The notes beneath the pieces were generated by a model. It was not told the origin of the DNA and did no database searches. It saw nothing but the letters and a program-made list of their open reading frames with translations. Shown piece after piece: positions 58,587 through 64,000 of a DNA stretch of 64,000 bases (position 1 is its first letter; each line of letters opens with the position of its first letter). Location: NCBI GenBank assembly GCA_050916045.1, contig CP051526.1, positions 1,504,001-1,568,000 of the forward strand. Reading direction: 5' to 3'. Source of the stretch: Tepidisphaera sp. Its GTDB lineage: Bacteria > Planctomycetota > Phycisphaerae > Phycisphaerales > UBA1924. The position numbers and the translations under genes are program-made.

Positions 58587-61513
58587 GGCTTGCCCTCCCG
58601 GTACGAGTTGGCGACCACGCCGTACTGCAGCGGGAGCGGCAGGCCGTCGGGGAGGCCCATGCTGGGGTCAAAGTCGATGGTGATCTTGCCATACCCGTGG
58701 AACGGGACGGCGACCGCGTTGGGGTACTGCGCCGGGCTCGGCGGGTTGTTGGGGCCAAAGTCCGCGAGGCCGTCGCCGTTGACGTCGTACCCGACGATCC
58801 GCTGCCCGTTCACGATCGGCAGCGAGCTGGGGTCCAGCGACTCGTTGTCGCCGTCGGTGGGGCCGAAGTAACCCAGCGTCGTGTTGAAGCCCGCGGGGTT
58901 GCCCACGGGGTTGCCCAGCGCGTCGCGGAGCGGCGCCTGGCCGTACGAGGGCGCGAAGGTCAGCACCAGCGCCCCGTTGATCGTCGTGTTGCCGCGAGCG
59001 TCGAGCACGCCCGCCACGATCGTCCCGCCCAGGCGGACGTTCTGCGAGTTCGGGCTGTTGAAGCTGCCCAGATCCACCGAGTAGCCCGGGAGCATCATCG
59101 AGCTCTTCGCGATCTGCGACATGTCCGAAGAGTCCGGGTTGTAGAGAGCGTTGTCGGGCTGCTCGGGGTGGCGCGTCGAGAACCGGGTCGCGCCCGTGAA
59201 CTGAAGCTTGTTCCGCGAGTGCGTGTAGTTCGTCGGGCTGTCGGAGACCAGCGAGCCCACCACCAGGCAGTCATGGAACCGGATGTTGTTGCTCAGAGGC
59301 TTGGTATCGGTGATGCGTTTCCCGTTGACAACGAGCGGGTTGGGGAGCAGGTTGTAGCCGATGGTGACCAGGGCCTGCGCTGCGGTGAGGTCGGCTTTGT
59401 CCATCGGCGTCGTCGCCATCAGGATCATCTGCTGCGGCGGGATGGCCGTGGCGGGCAGCATGGTCGGGTAGCTCGTCTCGCCGGACTGGTCGCCGTAGAT
59501 GATGCGGACGGCGGAGGGCTCCGGGAGGTTGTCCACCGTGGAGAGCTGCATCTTGCCGTACTCCGACCACAACAGGTGCGTGTTGTCGGAGGTCGTGCGG
59601 ACGAGCGTCACGCCGATGAAGGTGCAGTTGCGGAAGAGCGCGTTGGTGCCCACCGGGATCACGACGTTGCGGAACGTCATGTTCTCGAACACCGGCCGGT
59701 AGTACCAGTCGGAGTAGGTCGGCGAGTTGAAGGGCATCTTCTCGTAGTAGGCCGTCGCGTAGTTGTCCGGCCGGCCGTCCAGGTTCGCGTCCGCATCCAC
59801 GCGGAGGAAGCGAGGCTGGGTCGTGCCGGCTGGCTGGGACTCGACGTACGTCGCCAGGGCCGCCACCGAGACGCCAAGCTGGCTCGCGACCTGCTGGTCA
59901 AACGCGTTGCCGTCCGCCAGAGCGCCCAGCACCTGACGGGCGGTGTCAAAGCTCGCCGCGTTCAGCGTCGGCATGACCGAGTTGCTCACGCCGAAGGTCA
60001 TCGGGGAACGGTTCCGCCCCGCGATGATCGGCCCGCGGACGCGCGAGAGATAGTTCGCGCCCTGGCCGGCTTGCCACGCGGCCGCCGTCGAGCGGAACAT
60101 CACGCGGCCACCCACCTTGCGGTACTGGTCTCGATAGTCCAGCACGCCGTCGCGGTACCCGAGCACCTGATCGCGGTTGCAGAGGGGCTGGGCCTGCGAG
60201 GGGTCGATGTCGTTGAAGGACTCGCCGGAATCCCAGCGGCCGTTGTTGTTGAGGTCAGTGAAGCCCGAGACCTTGTTCTTGTTCCGGTCCGGGTTCGCCG
60301 AGTCGATCAGCAGCCCCATGTCGTCGTCGATCGCGATCCCGCCGCTGCCCACGAACTCCGCCGCGAGATCCGACGAGGGCGTGCCCGCTCGCAGCGAGTC
60401 CGACAGGGCGACCTTGCCGTCGCCGTTGGCATCAAAGTGCTTGAGGAAGATGTCGAACTCGTCCACGAACCCGTCGCGGGTCACGTCGGCGAACGCGGCG
60501 TCGGGTCGGCCGTCGCCGTCGTAGTCCGTCGTGCCGCTGGGAACGCCCCGCGACTCGGTGGCGTGCCCCACGCGAAGACGGTTGTCCTTGTCGGTGTCGT
60601 ACTGCGACACGCCAGTGAAGAACGCGTTGAGCTTCTGGTCAAGGACCGAGTTGAGGCCGAGGAAATCCGAACGGATGATCAGCGGGTCGCCCTGCGAGAA
60701 GTTCGTCCCCGTGAACCCCGCGCACAGGTCGCCGTTGACCAGCACGTTCTTGCCAATCATCACCTTGCTCGGCGACATGACCGCCTGGTTCACACGCTTG
60801 GCAAGCCGGAAGTCCTGCGTGATCGTCCGCGAGATCGGCGTGCCGTTGCGCGTGTAGGACAGGTCGTACCCCGTCACGATGACGCGCACGTCCGTGCCGT
60901 TCTCGAGGGGAGCGTAGATGATCTGGTAGCAAAGCGGGGTCGTCGAGCCCGACTCGATGCTCACCGCGGGCGTGAAGACCCAGTTGCGCTGCGCATAGTC
61001 GTCGTGGTTGAGCGTGGTGAGTGCGTTGCCGATCACCGGCTGCTCGAATCCGAGGGCGGAGACCACGTTCTGGTCCGCGGCGTGGCGGTTGGCCAGCGCC
61101 TGCGCGATGCCGAAAGGAAGCGACGCTTCGGTGAACCCCACCGGCGGCAGGATCTGGGAGCTTCCAAACGGGCTCAGGTCCCCTGACCAGGCCGCGGCCG
61201 CTGTGCTCGAGCTGATCGTGGAGTTGCCGACGATGAACCGCGCCGAAGCTTCGCGAAGCCTGGACTCCGCGATCGCCATGCCCGTCTCGGCCGCGCCCAG
61301 CACCCGCATGACGTGCACGTGCGTCGCCGCCGTCTTGATGTTGCCCTTGGAGGTGATCGCCATGGCCGCGGCCAGCGATCCGAACATGATGAGGAACATC
61401 ATCGCGACCACCGCCACCACGCCGCGCTTCCGCGCCGGGGCCTGACCGGCTTTGGCGAGAAGCCCCGCCGCGGTCCCCGTGCCCGAACTGCCCTTGCGAT
61501 TCCAGAAACGCAT
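58583..61513 (-). CDS. Large PilX/GspK-like minor pilin with many Dx[DN]xDG calcium-binding motifs
   Basis: RKRG|VVAVVAMMF (no Glu5), GAAETG; DYDGDG, DANGDG, DLNNNG, DANLDG, DVNGDG. Confidence 0.75.
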   Translation of the reverse strand: MRFWNRKGSSGTGTAAGLLAKAGQAPARKRGVVAVVAMMFLIMFGSLAAAMAITSKGNIKTAATHVHVMRVLGAAETGMAIAESRLREASARFIVGNSTISSSTAAAAWSGDLSPFGSSQILPPVGFTEASLPFGIAQALANRHAADQNVVSALGFEQPVIGNALTTLNHDDYAQRNWVFTPAVSIESGSTTPLCYQIIYAPLENGTDVRVIVTGYDLSYTRNGTPISRTITQDFRLAKRVNQAVMSPSKVMIGKNVLVNGDLCAGFTGTNFSQGDPLIIRSDFLGLNSVLDQKLNAFFTGVSQYDTDKDNRLRVGHATESRGVPSGTTDYDGDGRPDAAFADVTRDGFVDEFDIFLKHFDANGDGKVALSDSLRAGTPSSDLAAEFVGSGGIAIDDDMGLLIDSANPDRNKNKVSGFTDLNNNGRWDSGESFNDIDPSQAQPLCNRDQVLGYRDGVLDYRDQYRKVGGRVMFRSTAAAWQAGQGANYLSRVRGPIIAGRNRSPMTFGVSNSVMPTLNAASFDTARQVLGALADGNAFDQQVASQLGVSVAALATYVESQPAGTTQPRFLRVDADANLDGRPDNYATAYYEKMPFNSPTYSDWYYRPVFENMTFRNVVIPVGTNALFRNCTFIGVTLVRTTSDNTHLLWSEYGKMQLSTVDNLPEPSAVRIIYGDQSGETSYPTMLPATAIPPQQMILMATTPMDKADLTAAQALVTIGYNLLPNPLVVNGKRITDTKPLSNNIRFHDCLVVGSLVSDSPTNYTHSRNKLQFTGATRFSTRHPEQPDNALYNPDSSDMSQIAKSSMMLPGYSVDLGSFNSPNSQNVRLGGTIVAGVLDARGNTTINGALVLTFAPSYGQAPLRDALGNPVGNPAGFNTTLGYFGPTDGDNESLDPSSLPIVNGQRIVGYDVNGDGLADFGPNNPPSPAQYPNAVAVPFHGYGKITIDFDPSMGLPDGLPLPLQYGVVANSYREGKP

Positions 61514-61577
61514 GCTCGCTCCTCCCGTCCGAACCACACACCGATCCGCGTCCGCACCGCCCGTCCGAGCCCGCGCC

Positions 61578-62270
61578 TTACGGCGGAACCACCCACGATG
61601 TCCGTGTGATCTCGACGGGCTCGCTGTCCAGCGGTCCCTGGTACGAGACCACGACGGTCACGCGGAGCGGGAAGCCGTCGATGGGCGTCCCCGGGTCGTT
61701 CCCCGAGGCTCCGATCACGAAGTTGTCAGCCCGCACCGTGCCGAAGTTCAGCGGGTCCAGCTTTTCGACCGTGACCGACTGGAACCACCCGGTCATCGCA
61801 CGCGTCATGCCGTCTTCATTGACGACCACCACGCCGTTCTCGTCGGTGGCCGGGACGAGTTCGCCCAGCGCATTGATGGGGCCCTCGAACCCGCCGAGGC
61901 CGAAGCTGATCCCATCCAGGTCGTCGATGTCGTTGATGTCGGAGATGTCCGACTCGTTGCCCTCAAGGCCCCAGCCGGCGAGGGCGCCGCCGTTCTCCGT
62001 GTCCAGATAAAGGCTGACGACCGGATCGTGTCGCGGCAAGCGGCGCGAAAGCTCGCGGATCTCGTTGGCGAGGTACGCGCCGGTCGCGGCCTGGCTCGAC
62101 CATCCGTTGTTGCGGATGAACGACTGCTGCGCCTCGACGAAGGCCAGAACGCCGACGCCGATGATCACGAGCGCCATGCTGGTTTCGAGAAGGGTGAATC
62201 CCCTTCGGATCATCCCCGGAGCCGTGCCCGTGGATGCGAGCAGCCTGCGAGGCGTGAGACTGAACTTCAT
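61578..62270 (-). CDS. Minor pilin (PilV/GspI-like)
   Basis: RRG|FTLLETSMALVIIGVGVL; GGAGG before ATG 62270. Confidence 0.85.
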   Translation of the reverse strand: MKFSLTPRRLLASTGTAPGMIRRGFTLLETSMALVIIGVGVLAFVEAQQSFIRNNGWSSQAATGAYLANEIRELSRRLPRHDPVVSLYLDTENGGALAGWGLEGNESDISDINDIDDLDGISFGLGGFEGPINALGELVPATDENGVVVVNEDGMTRAMTGWFQSVTVEKLDPLNFGTVRADNFVIGASGNDPGTPIDGFPLRVTVVVSYQGPLDSEPVEITRTSWVVPP

Positions 62271-62335
62271 AGAACCAGACCTCCCGCGTGTTCTCGGGCT
62301 CGGGGCCCCGCGAACTCCGCTGCTCAAAGATCGGA

Positions 62336-63562
62336 TTACTTCACGATCTGGCTCATCTTGAAGATGGGGAGAATGACCGCCATCGCGATAAACCCGACGA
62401 TCGTGCCCATGGCAAGGATCATGAGGGGCTCGATCATTCCGGTAACCGCCTTGATCGCGTCCTTGAGCTGCTTGGCGTAATAGACCGAGATCTCGTCGAG
62501 CACCTCGCCCAGCTTGCCGGCTTCCTCACCCGCGGAGATCATTTGCGTCACCGCTTTGGGAAGCAGGTTGTCCTTCTGGAGCGGGGTGACGATCTTCTTG
62601 CCCGTCTTGACCGCCGTGTAGACCTTCTTCCACATGCCCCGATAAAGCTGGTTGCCCGAGATTTCGCCCGTGATGGCCAGCGTGTCCAGAAGCGGCACGC
62701 CGGCGTTGACAAGCTGGCCCATCGTCTGCAGGCTTCGGCTGATGTAAAGCGACCGGAACATCGTCCGCACGATCGGCACCCGAAGCTTGGCCGTGTCCAC
62801 CCAGAACGAGCCAAGCTCGGTTCGGGTGAAAGCGTACAGGCCGCCGCCGCCCACGACGATGCACCCCAGGATGTACGGCCAGTAGGCCACCATCCCGCGC
62901 GAAAGGCCCATCAGGAACGTCGTCGCCCAGGGCAGCACGTCTTCCTTGCCCTCGAACACCGAATAGAACTTGGGCAGCACGAACGTGAGCAGGAACACGG
63001 TGACGCCGATCGCGAGCGTGCCGATCACGCTGGGGTAGATCGCGGCGCCGATGACCATCTTCTTGGTCTCAATCTGCTGCGCGATGTACGCCGCGATCCG
63101 GTCGAGCATCTTCGAGAAGTTGCCGGCCATCTCCGACGCCCGCACCATGTTGATGTACAGGGCGCCGAAAAGCTTGGGCTGGCGGGCGAGCGCTTCGGAG
63201 AACTGCTTGCCGGCTTCCACGTCCGTCTTGAGCTGGACGAGGATCCTCTTGAACCCGGCGTGCTCGGTCTGGTCGGCGATGCCTTCCAAAGCGGCGCGGA
63301 GGTTGATGCCGGCGCGGATCATGACGGCGAGCTGCGTGGTGAAGTCCAGGACGTGCTTCTGGGTCGGCTTGCCCGTCTGCATCTCGCGCAGCTTGCCCAT
63401 GAACCCGCTGCTGCTCGCCATGTTGGCGAGCGCGGAGACCTGCATGACGTGCAGGCCCTGGTTCCGCAGCACCGTGGCGGCGCTCGTGGCGTTGTCCGCC
63501 GCGAGGACGCCGACCTGCACCTGTCCCTGGGTGTTCCTGGCTTGGTATCGATAATTGGGCAT
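62336..63562 (-). CDS. pilC: Type IV pilus/T2SS inner-membrane platform protein (PilC/GspF family)
   Basis: FTTQLAVMIRAG, YINMVRASE.AG, AAIYP, QMISAGEEAGKL, MIEP. Confidence 0.9.
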   Translation of the reverse strand: MPNYRYQARNTQGQVQVGVLAADNATSAATVLRNQGLHVMQVSALANMASSSGFMGKLREMQTGKPTQKHVLDFTTQLAVMIRAGINLRAALEGIADQTEHAGFKRILVQLKTDVEAGKQFSEALARQPKLFGALYINMVRASEMAGNFSKMLDRIAAYIAQQIETKKMVIGAAIYPSVIGTLAIGVTVFLLTFVLPKFYSVFEGKEDVLPWATTFLMGLSRGMVAYWPYILGCIVVGGGGLYAFTRTELGSFWVDTAKLRVPIVRTMFRSLYISRSLQTMGQLVNAGVPLLDTLAITGEISGNQLYRGMWKKVYTAVKTGKKIVTPLQKDNLLPKAVTQMISAGEEAGKLGEVLDEISVYYAKQLKDAIKAVTGMIEPLMILAMGTIVGFIAMAVILPIFKMSQIVK

Positions 63563-63615
63563 GGGTAGACGGAGCCCTTCTGGTCAGATCGTGCGGTGGT
63601 GGGGAACGACGTGGA

Positions 63616-64000
63616 TCACGCGGCGAGCTGGCGTTCGAGCTTGTCGGGGTAGGCGGCCTGAGCGATCGCGTCCTCGCGGCTGATCATCCCGTTGAAGTAG
63701 AGCTCGGCGATCGAGCTGTCCAGGCTGCTCATTCCGATCGCCCGGCTGGTCTCGATCACGTTGGGGATTTCGAACGTGCGGGCTTCGCGGATCAGGTTTC
63801 GCACGGCCGGCGTGCACAGAAGCACCTCGACCGCCGGCACCATCCCCGGCCGGTCGATCCGGCGGAAAAGCGTCTGCGAAACGACCGCCTGAAGCGTGTT
63901 TGAAAGCATCGAGCGGATCTGGTTCTGCTGGCCGCCCGGGTACATGTCGATGATTCGCTCGACCGTCTGCGACGCGTTCACCGTGTGCAGCGTGCTCAAC
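63616..64000 (-). CDS. pilT: PilT/PilU-family retraction ATPase, 3' part (partial)
   Basis: STLHT, TVERIIDMYP, AVVSQTL, AVRNLIRE. Confidence 0.85.
   Translation of the reverse strand, partial: LSTLHTVNASQTVERIIDMYPGGQQNQIRSMLSNTLQAVVSQTLFRRIDRPGMVPAVEVLLCTPAVRNLIREARTFEIPNVIETSRAIGMSSLDSSIAELYFNGMISREDAIAQAAYPDKLERQLAA

Overview
GC-rich bacterial chromosome segment. Gene content points to a planctomycete of the class Phycisphaerae: C-terminal 'GC'-ending dockerin-like tails, an ECF sigma factor paired with a Ser/Thr kinase, an enlarged SecA and a split atp operon. Most of the window is housekeeping: amn, pgi, nadK, tsaD, S41 protease, pyrC, clpX, def, kdsB, msrA, atpBEFH, pgk, mutL, secA and a type IV pilus/T2SS cluster. 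An accessory block at about 12.8-33.0 kb abuts tRNA-Pro(GGG). Its right part (23138-33037) is bounded by a duplicated 12-bp tRNA 3' end and a duplicated hairpin, so it looks like a decayed tRNA-Pro-integrated island with no intact integrase. The best candidate for an undescribed system lies in this island. It is a two-gene operon: a SET-domain methyltransferase, then a Pls/PosA-type (epsilon-poly-lysine-synthetase-like) single-module NRPS fused to an extra C-terminal DUF418/HGSNAT-like membrane domain, suggesting a tailored poly(amino acid) polymer. A second candidate is a SecM-like arrest-peptide uORF (signal-like segment, ends ...GLAPPKA) upstream of secA. All assignments come from by-eye motif recognition; no searches were run.
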